From Craspedostauros australis (taxonomy: Eukaryota): a stretch of DNA of 64,000 nt. The stretch covers positions 62,001 to 126,000 of the forward strand of contig JALAGF010004599.1 of the NCBI GenBank assembly GCA_030167865.1. The letters are read 5' to 3'. The notes below the pieces were generated by a model that saw only the letters and a list, made by a program, of their open reading frames with translations, did no database searches and had not been told where the DNA came from. Position 1 is the first letter of the stretch. Each line of letters starts with the position of its first letter. Positions 45,462 to 56,699 of the stretch are shown piece by piece. The position numbers were made by a program, and so were the translations under genes.

Positions 45462-46880
45462 ATGTCCGTGGAAGTCGATGACGAAGAAACCCCCCTCCAG
45501 CCGATCACCAAGCTGGGTGATGTGGAGGATGTGACCATGCATCCCATGGTGCTGCTCAGTGCCGCGGATCACTATCACAGAGTTGCACGAGGAACCCGAA
45601 AACGTGTCGTCGGTGTGCTGCTGGGGAGCGTCGTCAAGGGAAGCGTCGATGTCACCAACTCCTTCGCGGTGCCCTTCGAGGAGGATTCCAGAAACCCCGT
45701 AAGTCATGTTCCTGTGCATCGTCCACTCCGCAGTACTTGTAGAGTATGCTGAGACTCTTTGATATCTGTTCATTCGTGATCGTTCGTTCGTGACCGTTCG
45801 TTTGTGGGTGTGCTGTGTGTCTGGTGGGCATGGTCACAACTGCTTTGATTGGCCTGTGCACAGCTTCTGCGCCTTGGTTCAGCGATGTCTACCACTGCGT
45901 TCTGACCTATGCGAACCAAGCCAAGGCCCCCACCAACCTCACAACGTGTCCCTTTCTCACGCCACTCCCAATCGTCCTATTGATTTGCGCACCGTCTCTA
46001 TTTCTGCAACATTGAAACGCGCGCACGTCCACGAACGCATTCACACACACACAAACGCACGCACGTGCACCAACCTCAGACCGTGTTCTACTTGGATCAC
46101 AACTATTTGGAGAACATGCTGCACATGTTCCGCAAGGTGAACTCGAAGGAGAGAGTGGTCGGATTCTACTCCACGGGCCCGCAAATAAGATCCAACGACC
46201 TGAGGATCCATGAGATCGTCCAGCGCTTCCTGCCAGCATCGTCGATCACACCCTCTGTTTTCTGCATCATCGATGTTCGGCCAGATCGCACCACCATGCC
46301 AACCACGGCCTACAAGGTCATCGAGGAAGTGTCGACGAAGGATGGGCAGCGACAGCTGAAGAAGACATTCGCGCACGTGCCATCGCAGATGGGTGCCATG
46401 GAGGCGGAGGAAGTTGGCGTGGAGCATCTGCTCCGCGACATCAACGACCCGACCATCAGCACTGTCGCATCGCTCATCAAGGGCAAGATGGCTGGCCTCA
46501 CCACTTTGACAGACAAACTCGTGGAGTGCAAAGACTATTTGGAGGATTGCCTCGCCGGCAAGCAAAAGACCAACCCGGACATTGTCGCGAACTTGCAGAA
46601 CATCGTCAACCTCCTTCCGAACTTGGACACGGAAGAGATGGTCCGCAGCATGTTGATAAAGACGAACGATATGCACATGGCCATCTACCTCAGCTCGCTG
46701 ATACGAACTGTGATCGCCTTGCACGATCTCATTAGCAACCGAATCCGATTCGGAGATCACGGGCTCGATGCTTTGGGCGAGGAGAAGAAGGATGCCGAAC
46801 CTGAAAAGGAGAAGGGCAAGGAGAGCGACAAGGATAAGGCCAAGGAGAAAGGTGCGAAGTCGGCGCCTGCAAAGAAGTAA
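45462..46880 (+). CDS. RPN8: 26S proteasome regulatory subunit Rpn8/PSMD7, ~345 aa
   Basis: Exons 45462-45698 and 46080-46880; intron gtaagt...cctcag. [44 protein letters not shown] and [14 protein letters not shown] motifs, plus a KEKE tail. Confidence 0.97.
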
Positions 46881-47459
46881 GGAGGAGGCACGAAGGTAAA
46901 GTAATATGATAGGTACACGAGAGACAGTAACGTGCCAGCTCAACAATCATCTTCATTGTCAGATATTCAGATACTGCACTTGATACAGCTCCCTGGCTGT
47001 GCCGAAGACTTGCACTTCGTGAGCGTCAAGCTTGGTTGTGACTGGGAGTGGCAAAGAAGACACTGTAATGATCTATGCGTCAGTCGCGGTGCTGCAATGT
47101 TGGAGAGCAGACTACCTTTCCACAGTACCATGCAAAGCACACCAAACTCCAATGGACCAAACACTTTCGAGGACGGTTGGGAGTGACATGAAAAAGGAAA
47201 GCAGCCTCCTCAACCATGGAATTAGAAGGAAGGAAGCACGTGACTTTGATTGTTACTTCTCCGGTGGTATCATCTGTTCACACTCTCATGGAGCAGTTGG
47301 AACTGGAATGCATGTAAGCATGTACTCCTGAACCGAGACGCCATCTGATTGATTCATTGAAAGATTGAACTGCTGCTGCATACTCGTACAGCAGTACGAA
47401 TATCCAAAACAAATGTCCCACCTAAATGAGTACTCTGCGCAGACATTCCAGCGGACGGT

Positions 47460-49332
47460 CTACAAGTAAGCAATCGCACCATTGAATCGAAAGTCAACGA
47501 TCTTCCAGTTCAGTTCGCCAAGTGCCTCATCGTACTCTCGCTGGAACGCGGCGACGTAGGAGTTGGCACGAATGTCATCTTCCGATCCCTCGACGACCGT
47601 GCCATCACTCTTCTTCTTCACGCAGTTAATCTGTTGGCACATGAAATGGAGCAGGATGATCGGCGAGCCTTTGTTCACAGTATCCATCTGTAATTGCCAA
47701 GTATCAAGTGTCAATTATCAGTGCCATGCGATATTGCATTCGCATAAGTGCAAGTAAACGTGGAAGTACAAGCACCATACGAGTGATGATGGTGAGTTAT
47801 GAATGGCGGATGAGTTGAGATCGTCACAATCGATTTGATGATGCACATGATAAGTCAGAATAGAACGGAATGCAGCATTCAACAACCAACACAAACACCC
47901 AAGCATGCATCTCAGTTGGCATTTTGGCCACTCACCTCGCAGGCCAGGATTTCAGAATTCATGATTCCGAGCACGTGTGTGTCGATTTGCACACCCTCCT
48001 GTTTGCGGGCCGTCATCTCAGCAGCAAGCCGTTTGAAGACCGACTCGCCCAACCACGGCTTGAGCTGGTTGATCTTGCCTTCCAGGAACCACCCCATGAT
48101 CCGTGGCAAGGTGTGCTCCACGACATCCTGCCTCCAGGCCTCCAGCGTGAAGTCGGGATCGAGTTTGCGCAGCTCGTTGACCGTCATCGCTTCCGGTGTT
48201 TCCGCAGTGAGGGTGTCGTACACGCTACTGATTCGGTACACCCATGGATTTTGACTCGTCTCCCATGCCTCTCTGGCATCCTCCGACAGATGGTCTATCT
48301 TCTGCTTGGCGTCCTTGGCACCCGATTTCTCCATGAACTCATCCGTTCTGTTGAGCATGTCTGCGTGCGTGAATGTTCGTGGTTTGACAACGAGTGGCCG
48401 ATTTTCATTTGATTTGCGCAAACGTAGCGCATGATGGAATGTTTTGTCAGTTGTTGTCACAGCAATTCACTTGCAACGATCTGAAAACAACAATACGAAT
48501 GCAGTTTTTGGAATGCAAATTCTTTGTTGATGACTCTGGGCTGGTGCATAGTTCTTCTCGTCGAGTTCGCCAAGACGTCGGGTATCAGAACGGTCTGGCA
48601 AGAACACTGCATTCAGCACTCTGTTCAGCGATCAACACCAATCAGCACCGTGACAAACGGCGAGCCCGTCGAGATGTACGCGCATCACGCGCCACACTGT
48701 TGGGCACGAAGAACGGCACGAAGAGAAGCAAAGCAAGCAAGAGAGCAGGGAATGGCTGACTCACCTTGGATGATGGGGGCTTCCGTCAAGCGTTTTTGCA
48801 TACGCTCCCACGCAGTAAGGTTCTCGCTCTCGTCGATGACCATGATCTCGACAGGGCCCGTGTACTCCTTGTCGCCCTCCGATGTGGCCACCGGATGGCG
48901 GATCTTCTTGTTGATGTCCTTCGGCTGACCAGATTTGAGCAGATCCTGCCAGGTACTGCCAATCTCTTGCTGGAACGAGGACCAGGAACCGGCGGCGGTG
49001 CGCAGGATGCCGTCAAAGCCAGAGCTGCTGGGCGAATCGTCTCCTGTCATACGGTGGACGGTGTCCTCCAGAGACTCCTTCTTGCTGTCCTTGTGGCCGT
49101 TCCCTGTCGTCGCCTCTGATGAAGCTTCCGACGATGACTCAGATGATGACGAAGGGGGTGGCGGCGAAGAACTGAACGCACGGCAGAAGCGGCCCCGGCT
49201 GTTGTCCATGCCATGACCAGCACGAGTATTCGCACCAGGATATTTCCTGAACAACGCCGATCGGCCATGCCTCATGAGCCTCTCATGTTGCAATCCTCTT
49301 CGGAGGATAAGGGTTCGTCCTGCGGAGATCAT
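47460..49332 (-). CDS. TIM44: Mitochondrial import inner membrane translocase subunit Tim44, ~406 aa
   Basis: Exons 48765-49332, 47936-48360 and 47460-47687. Arg-rich presequence, EAWETSQNPWV, LRKLDPDF, LKPWLGESVF, and F..QQINCV....G.VVEG..DDI...Y...WKIVDF Tim44 domain. Confidence 0.9.
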
Positions 49333-50649
49333 CTTGCCAATGTCCTTTGCTGATATTGGGAATGTTGTTAGTGTTGCTAATGACGATTCGAGGGCTGTCA
49401 CAAGGTGTTGTGTTGTGTGATGGTGAGTGGGATTGGGTTGGGTTGGGTTGGGTTGTGTTTGGGGATGGTGGTGGTGATGACGATGGTGGCGATCTTGCTT
49501 GCTCACTTCCTTTGTTGGTGTGGTCGTTCGTTCCGTCCCATGTTTGTTCCTTCTTCGTGAAGCATCGTGGTTGTTCCCGTTCGGTTTCGTGGTTCGGAAT
49601 GGGTCATCATAAGGACTAATTGTGTACCACTCACAACTACGAAATGAAGTTAGTTAAGCGAATAGAAAATCAGAGAACGAGAATCGGAACGCAAATTGCA
49701 GCTATGTACAAGCATGAAGATCACAAGGAGACCTGTTGCATAAAATAGCAGAGTAGAATGCAACACGAAGAAGTCTACGTTAGAACTTAAAGATAGGTTC
49801 CTGAGATGGATGACCAATGGTATTCGATGTTTGCATGGTGACGAAGAGGAGGAGGAGGAGGAAGAATAATATTCAAAGCAAGCAAATAGAGATGAAATTG
49901 CGTTTCTTGTCCGCGCACGTCCAATGTGAGCGCTGTTAGGATGGACTTACTCTCTTCAGAGAGAGTAGATTAGAGCAGAGTAGAGTATATCTTATTGATT
50001 GGTATCCCTATCTGTACAAGTCGAGAGGAAGTGGCAGGATCTTGTCTTTTGCTCTGCCAACTCTTGTCCTTTCGGTGGTTCTGCATCCGTTTTGGCAAAT
50101 GTTTTTCCAACTGTCTCATCTCGTTTCTTGTGTTGGTCGGTGGCCGATTTTTCGGTCACATGGCACGATTGACGCAAATGACCAACAGCGTGGGCGTGGA
50201 ACACCACTTTGGCGCCGCGAGCGTTCACACCGTCACATCGCATCACAACTCCCACGCTCACGCCCACGCCCACACATCCCAAGAGCAACGCCACCAAGGA
50301 GAGGGCAGTCGAAGATCTGTGCTTCTGGATGGCTGCTTTCGTCACAAAGCCTACCAACACCCGACACGGTATTTGTATAACTTGTGTTATATTATATAAT
50401 ACATAATAATAGCTGCAGACAAGGTGGACAAGTCACACACGGAAGCAAGATAGTTGAGGAGCTCATCAGAACATTGTCCAGGTATAATACCATACACATA
50501 TCCGTAGGAGTAGAGAACGCATCCATCCTCACACTGGATCACATAATCCTCGACTTACTCCACACCATACTGCCACGACGACGACGACGACGACGAGCAG
50601 TCCGAAGGCTCCACACGTACCACTCGTCCCTGGCCATACATCGCACAGC

Positions 50650-52155
50650 ATGAGACGGAAGCATCAGGAACGGCAGCCTGCCTACGAGTACCAAGGCATG
50701 GCGACACTGGACGATGCCGATGCAGCGGCTGGCAACGTGGTGCCCCAGGCCCCGCTCTCGAAGGGCTCCATGTCCGTCACATCCGTCTCTGATCTGGAGT
50801 TCTTCGAGGATCTCGTCTCCGAACCTGTGCTGGTGCTCGGAATGGACATTTCGCACATGCCGCCAAGGTCTCAGTTCTTCTTCTGCGCTTCGGGGGTCTT
50901 CTCATTCTCGCTGCTATACGGGTACCTTCAGGAACTCCTCTCGGTGCAGCTATGCGGCAGACAGCTCGGGCTCTTCTTGGCGACTGTGCAATTCACGGGA
51001 TACACAGTCCTAGCCTTTGTGCTCAGAACGTACGTTTACGAATCGCAGAAACGACGGAAGCAACACGCCAAGTACGCCAACTCCAAAGTCTCGAGCACCA
51101 TGAAGGCTGCCGTCGTTCCATTCACAATCTACCTCGGCCTCTCGCTCCTCAGAGCTGTCGATCTGGGCATGACCAACATGGCCATGCAGTACGTCAACTA
51201 CCCCGCCAAGACTCTCATGAAGTCATCCAGAGTCGTCTTCACCATGCTCTTCGGCGTCCTGCTGTCGAAGAAGGTGTACAAGCTGGTGGATTACCTCATC
51301 GTCCTTTGCATTGTCACCGGACTGGTGATCTTCATGCATGCCGATGCCAACTCATCGGCCGTCTTCTCAGCGACCGGTGTCATGATGCTCACCGTCAGTC
51401 TCATCTGCGACGGCGCCATCACAAACATGAGCGAGAACATCATGAACCGATTCGGCGTCGGTCAGGATGAATTCATCTTCCGCATGTACTCCATCGCGCT
51501 CGTGGCCATCGCCGCCGCGGCCGTCCTCAAGGGCGACATGCGTGATGGACTCGTCTGGATGCTGCAGGACGGAACCTACGCAGAGCAGCAAGCGCACGTG
51601 CCGATGGACAAGCGGACGTGGACCGTCTCTGGCAAGATCGGCGTCATGGTTCTCTTCTCGTCCATGGGATTCTTCGGCAGCTCCTGTTCTGCTGCCATCA
51701 CCAAAAACTTCGGAGCGCTGTCCATGTCGTTAACCTCCACGGCCAGAAAGGCCACCACCCTCTTCCTCTCATTCCTGCTCTTCAACAATGCCTGCACATT
51801 AGAGCACATTGTTGGCATTGCCATCTTCATGGGAGCCCTGACTGCAAAGTCTCTGCGGAGAGGCAGCAAACGCCAAAAAGCTGCAACGGCCAAGTCCAGA
51901 CGGCAGCGACGGTTGCGAACGAAGGATTCCGACCGGAGCGGAGGAGAGTTCTCCGACCAGCCACCCTGCAATTCGTTGGTGGATGGTGGTCCTTTCCACG
52001 GGGACGTTGAGAGCGGGGATCTGACACCCTCGGGGTCGTCATCATCGATGAGAAAAACCGTGTACCAGGGGACTGCGGACAACGCGAATGGATCTGCTCA
52101 CACTGCGAATGCCCGCTCCAGCAAATCCTCCAAAGTGCGATATCACGTGGTGTAA
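50650..52155 (+). CDS. UAA-family (SLC35B-like) PAPS / nucleotide-sugar transporter
   Basis: FSLLYGYLQEL, TNMAMQYVNYPAKTLMKSSRVVFTM, SLICDG and TSTARKATTLFLSFLLF motifs; about 8-10 TMs. Closest in pattern to SLC35B3/PAPST2. Confidence 0.88.
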   Translation: MRRKHQERQPAYEYQGMATLDDADAAAGNVVPQAPLSKGSMSVTSVSDLEFFEDLVSEPVLVLGMDISHMPPRSQFFFCASGVFSFSLLYGYLQELLSVQLCGRQLGLFLATVQFTGYTVLAFVLRTYVYESQKRRKQHAKYANSKVSSTMKAAVVPFTIYLGLSLLRAVDLGMTNMAMQYVNYPAKTLMKSSRVVFTMLFGVLLSKKVYKLVDYLIVLCIVTGLVIFMHADANSSAVFSATGVMMLTVSLICDGAITNMSENIMNRFGVGQDEFIFRMYSIALVAIAAAAVLKGDMRDGLVWMLQDGTYAEQQAHVPMDKRTWTVSGKIGVMVLFSSMGFFGSSCSAAITKNFGALSMSLTSTARKATTLFLSFLLFNNACTLEHIVGIAIFMGALTAKSLRRGSKRQKAATAKSRRQRRLRTKDSDRSGGEFSDQPPCNSLVDGGPFHGDVESGDLTPSGSSSSMRKTVYQGTADNANGSAHTANARSSKSSKVRYHVV

Positions 52156-52758
52156 ACGCACCGTTGGATTGGTGAGAGCTTCTTCTGGCGTTGTCTCAGC
52201 AGCGTCCGTATCATCATCACGCAGGTGTGATCATAGAGGACGACGTCAACGCTTCTCCGGATCTGTTCGTGCCAATCATAGAGAACTCACCAGGTTTCAC
52301 ATTTCCACCGCTGGACAATTTGCTGCATGTTGAAGGCTTCGTCTGTAATGTACTACTCGTAGCCGTACGTATGTGCATAGTTTGCATGGTCGACCAGAAT
52401 GCAAATGCTGCAGAGTATAACATGCGAGTACATCGGAAACGACACTCGAAAGTCCTATCATGCGAGCCATTCAAGGCAATGATGCGACAGTGCTTCAAAT
52501 AGTATCGGAACTGAGTGGAGTGTCTGTTTTGTAAGCAATGCGCATCTATCAAGAGTTAACTGGCTTTGGTTTTGCGTTGCTTTCTCGCTTCTGCAGGGGC
52601 CCCTATCCGTTGGCGCCGATGTGAAGATTGGCATTCTTTCAGACAAACATGGAAAAGCGACCGCACAAATTTATGAATCGTAGAGATGACGACGCCGATG
52701 GTGACGACGGCGATGGTGACGACGACGACGATGATGACAATGTCGATGTCAACAGAGA

Positions 52759-54458
52759 TTAACGCAGAGTCAGGAGAGCCTGGAGCTGGCTGTTTCCAGT
52801 TCCGCTGAGGGAGATGATGAAGAGGTCACCAGTTCGGACGTCGAGGGCGCCGCCAGATCCAGTCACAGGCAAGCTACCCTGGAAGGCTTCGTGGTTGATC
52901 AACCCCGATACCGACACTCGAGTGAAGAAACCGGAGTCGTTGTCATCCAGCTCGACGGAGAAAGTGCAGACCGACACAGGGTTCTCGTCGGCGGACGTGA
53001 CCGTCTCCTCTGTGTCGATGATGGTGCAGGCGCCGGTTATTCTCACAGACACTTCGGTGAGGTTGTCTGGCAGTTCCAATGGCAAAACGTCGAAGCCGGC
53101 GGTGTTCAGGAGCACACTTCCGCCCGGAACGTTGCCGGCTGGGAATCGGATTGCGGAGGCATCCTGTGGTGAGCGATGGAGGCATGTCGGTGGCACGTGG
53201 AAGCATCGTCGTGACGTTGTGTCGTTTTGCGTTGGTGGTGGTGAGCACAATCGTGAACAGAATAGCCAAAGCAAGAGTTGGCAGAATACGATGAGTGTGA
53301 GAGTGTCGCTTTGGATGGTTTGGATGCAAAAGATCAACCAGAGCGTTTTCGTACGAAGTAAGGATATGCATTCGAAGCATGAAGAGTCACAACTCCGCTA
53401 TGGAGGAATCTCGCCATCGACCACACGTGTTCGGCACTTACGAGATTGAACCGAATTCGAACGTTGAGTTCTTCTGCACCGTTGTCTGGGTCCGTAGTGT
53501 TGGTCGGCACGCACGGACATGTGCACTTGTCGCATGTTGGGTTATCGTCTTCGTCGCTGTCGGTATCTCCGTTGGTGTCGCTGCTCGTCGTGACAACATT
53601 GTCCTCATCGGCATCGGCATCGACATCGGCATTGCTATCGGCGTCAACATCAGTATCGGCATCGCTATCGCTGTCCGTGCTTCCGTCGTTGTCGTCGGCA
53701 GAGGATCGGGTGGTGTCTGGTATATTGTCCTCGTCAACATACGATCGAGTGGTGTCTGGAATATTCTCTTCGTCGAGGTTAACGTCATAGGTTGGGTCAC
53801 CCTTGCTTTCGTTGGCACCGGCATCCCTGGTTGTTGCAGTTGGCGTCGTTGTTGTTATTGGTTCCTGCACGAGCCTGTCTTCTTCCTTGACGGTATCTGC
53901 CTCGTCCTTGGACTTTTTGTCGGTCACGGGTCTGTTGCTGTCAGAGTCACCGCCGTTGTTGCCATCGTTAGTGGCACTCTTGTCATTGCCACCTTTGCTG
54001 GCACCCGCAGTGGCGCTTTTGCTGTCAGCATCGGCACTCTCGGTACTTGGAGGATGCACAACTGGCATTGATGAATGCGCCGACTTCTTGCCGACCTTGC
54101 CGCTGGATTTGTTCGTCTTGGATGCTGACGGCGAATCGCTGGACTTGTTGTGCTTTGGGGACTTGGTGCTCACTTGTTCGCTCGGGTTGTGGTGGGTGTT
54201 GCTTTCGCTCTTCTCGCTCTTCTTGTTTTTCTCGCTCTTGTCACTTTTGAGGCGTCGCTTCTGGTTGGTGGATGCCAGTTGTTCCTGTCTCCTCAGGTTG
54301 CTGGTGTAGCGAACTTGCGTGAAGTCCGATGCAGCAACAACCAACGATGGTGACGATGATGATGATGACGACGACGATGACAGCGGTCCATCAAGTGAAG
54401 GGCATGCGAGCGCAAGCGCTGCGAGCAGCAGCCCTTTCCTTGTCCTTCTCATGGCCAT
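52759..54458 (-). CDS. Secreted silaffin-like (RRL + KxxK) protein with acidic domain and dirigent/AOC-like C-terminal domain, ~473 aa
   Basis: Exons 53442-54458 and 52759-53163; intron 53164-53441 (gtaagt...ccacag). Signal-like LLLAALALAC, poly-Ser, NLR and KRRL sites, a Lys/Ser-rich KxxK block, a D/T-rich block, CDKCTCPC, then a beta-rich domain with GACT...CTF...SVSG...LPVTGSGG. Confidence 0.72.
53704..53774. repeat. 39-bp coding tandem duplication (DEENIPDTTRS / DEDNIPDTTRS)
   Basis: gatcgggtggtgtctggtatattgtcctcgtc at 53704 and gatcgagtggtgtctggaatattctcttcgtc at 53743. Confidence 0.85.
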
Positions 54459-56699
54459 CTTGACTTCTCTGTATAAAGACTGTGCGTGTTGTTATGCGAA
54501 GTGTTTGTGTTTTGCGTTGTGACTTGTTGTGTTGTGAGTTGCTGGCCGTTGTTGCTAGTGTTGTTATGGCTTGTGACTGTGGCTCTGGATGTGGACGTGA
54601 ACGTGGATGTCGAGTTGAGTTGAGTTGAGTTGGATGTGCAGAGTGGCAGCAGAGTAGCAGGAGAGCGGTTTGCGTTTGGTGATCGGTTCGGAAGTTGGTG
54701 CCAGGATCTGAGTGGTTGTGCGCTTGGCTTCCTCGTATGCTTGGGTTGTGAGTTATGTCAGTTGTTGGGGTGGTGATGCCATTGTGTACTCCATGAGTTT
54801 ACTGCTGAATGTGTTGTGACGTTGGGACTTGCGACCGCGATTGCGACTGCGACGATGACGGTGATGGCAATGGCGATCTCAACGAAGGTGATGGAACCAC
54901 CCGCGGCACCGCCGGCGGGAACTCAAAGGAGAAAGACTGCAACCACCTCCACCAATACTCTGCACCTGTAATTCAAGTTCCCACACAACGCAACGCAACG
55001 CAACACAACACAACACAACATGACACAGTGCAACTCAGGAGAGCACAGCTTGACAAAACAAACTTGTGCATATCTTGGGAAACGGGTGAGGCACAAGTCC
55101 GCGACAGTGGCGGGAATACGCTGAAAATGTGAGCGCTGTCGGCATGTCCGTTATGATTCACCATGTGTATCACTGTCACGCCACAATCCACCGTGCAGTT
55201 GCTGCACATACTGAGTCGAATGGGTCATGTTGAACGGAAACGCAAGGCGGTGAAATGACCCTCCATTTCGCCGCCACGCGACGACGATCCGTTTGCACGT
55301 TCGCCACTTGTTCCAAGACCACACAAGTTGCGATCCGTTACAGGGTACCATCCATTCTTTGCGACTTGGCGAGGAGTATAGTAGTAGTAGATTCTGGTAC
55401 CTTCGAAGCTTTGAACGATGGTGGCAAAATCTTCTCCAGGGACTCCTCTACTACCAGGAGGAATGCTTTCACAGGCTAGAGTATGGGACAATTGATTGCA
55501 ATTCCTCGTCTTGAGTATGTCAATTGTCTCTCATCGAGTACTCAACACTCCTATACTGGCACTCCGCCTGATGAAATTCAAAGGTTTGAATGTTGCCCTC
55601 TCTCTCTCTCTCTCTCTCTGAGGGGAATCTGTGCCATGACCTCTCCACAATTGCCTGGAGAGGGCTGTGGATCGGCATGGATGTCGTGGTGCAAAGGAAA
55701 GATCTGAGGCCGTTGTCCACACTCGGAACGTTCCTCGTTGTTTTTTCGCCTCACACGAATCTGAACTTGGCGCCCAGGAGGTACCATAGCACATACTATT
55801 ATGTGTGCAAATCTATCCCAGTTGGCACATCATCGTGCGAACTTTGGTTACATGCAGCTTCTTCGACATGGGATTGGACCTCACATGTGAAACCTGCCTC
55901 CGACTGCGAATTTTGGCGCTTCCAAGATGGGCCGAGCTGGCCGGTGTTGCATTCTGGAGGAGGGCTTCCATCCAAGACACCGTGTTGTTGTGCGCCTTTT
56001 TCGCTCACCCTGATCAGCCAGAAGATCCGCGAGAAGAGCATTCCCGCCACCTGCAGACACAACGGACAACTGTTAGGAAGACTCACCTCCAGCTTCCGCA
56101 TTGTTCGTGGCTGCTCGCATACAGCAGACGTCGCCGGCGTCGTGTCGTTCCCGCGTTTGGATCCAAGAGAGTAACGGATCGGCAGATGTCGCCGCCATCT
56201 TCATCATCAACGAACCAAGAAGCGACGACCTTAGAATCGTCACGCGATGGTGAATCGTGATTGCTGGGATGGAGATGCAACAAGGATGGGAGATCGCGAT
56301 TTCTATTGGAGGTATTGGCGTAGTCGTAGTAGGTACATGAAAGGGTATGGCGGGATGTGTGATCTCAACGTACTCCTCGGACCATGTGAATGCATACCGT
56401 GGTCTAGTACTATTACAGTGCCATCCTTCTGCTATACTATTCCACAGCACGATCTATTCATGCAATTACTCCCTGTGTATAGTAATCTCTGCTCCAGGTA
56501 ATCCCAGACGGCACCCGCCAGAGCGGAACGCAAGCATGCATGCTGCAATGGATGTCTGTGTAGTAGGTACGGATGCTCACCATGCCTACGGACGAGTATG
56601 ATGGGGCAAAGAAGAGTGTGGTACATACCAAACGTACTCGTGCAAATAGTCTCTCTCTCTAGATGGTATAATATAATGGATTGGAATGAAGGAAGTGAT

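Noticed and set aside
8977-53441. Long introns as introner-like mobile elements
   Set aside because: I saw no shared sequence, terminal inverted repeats or target-site duplications among the 16 introns.
54500-56690. 2.2-kb gap with ORFs 55590-56174, 55799-56101 and 55805-56260; considered as a gene or transposon relic
   Set aside because: No recognisable domain, terminal repeats or splice-consistent model.
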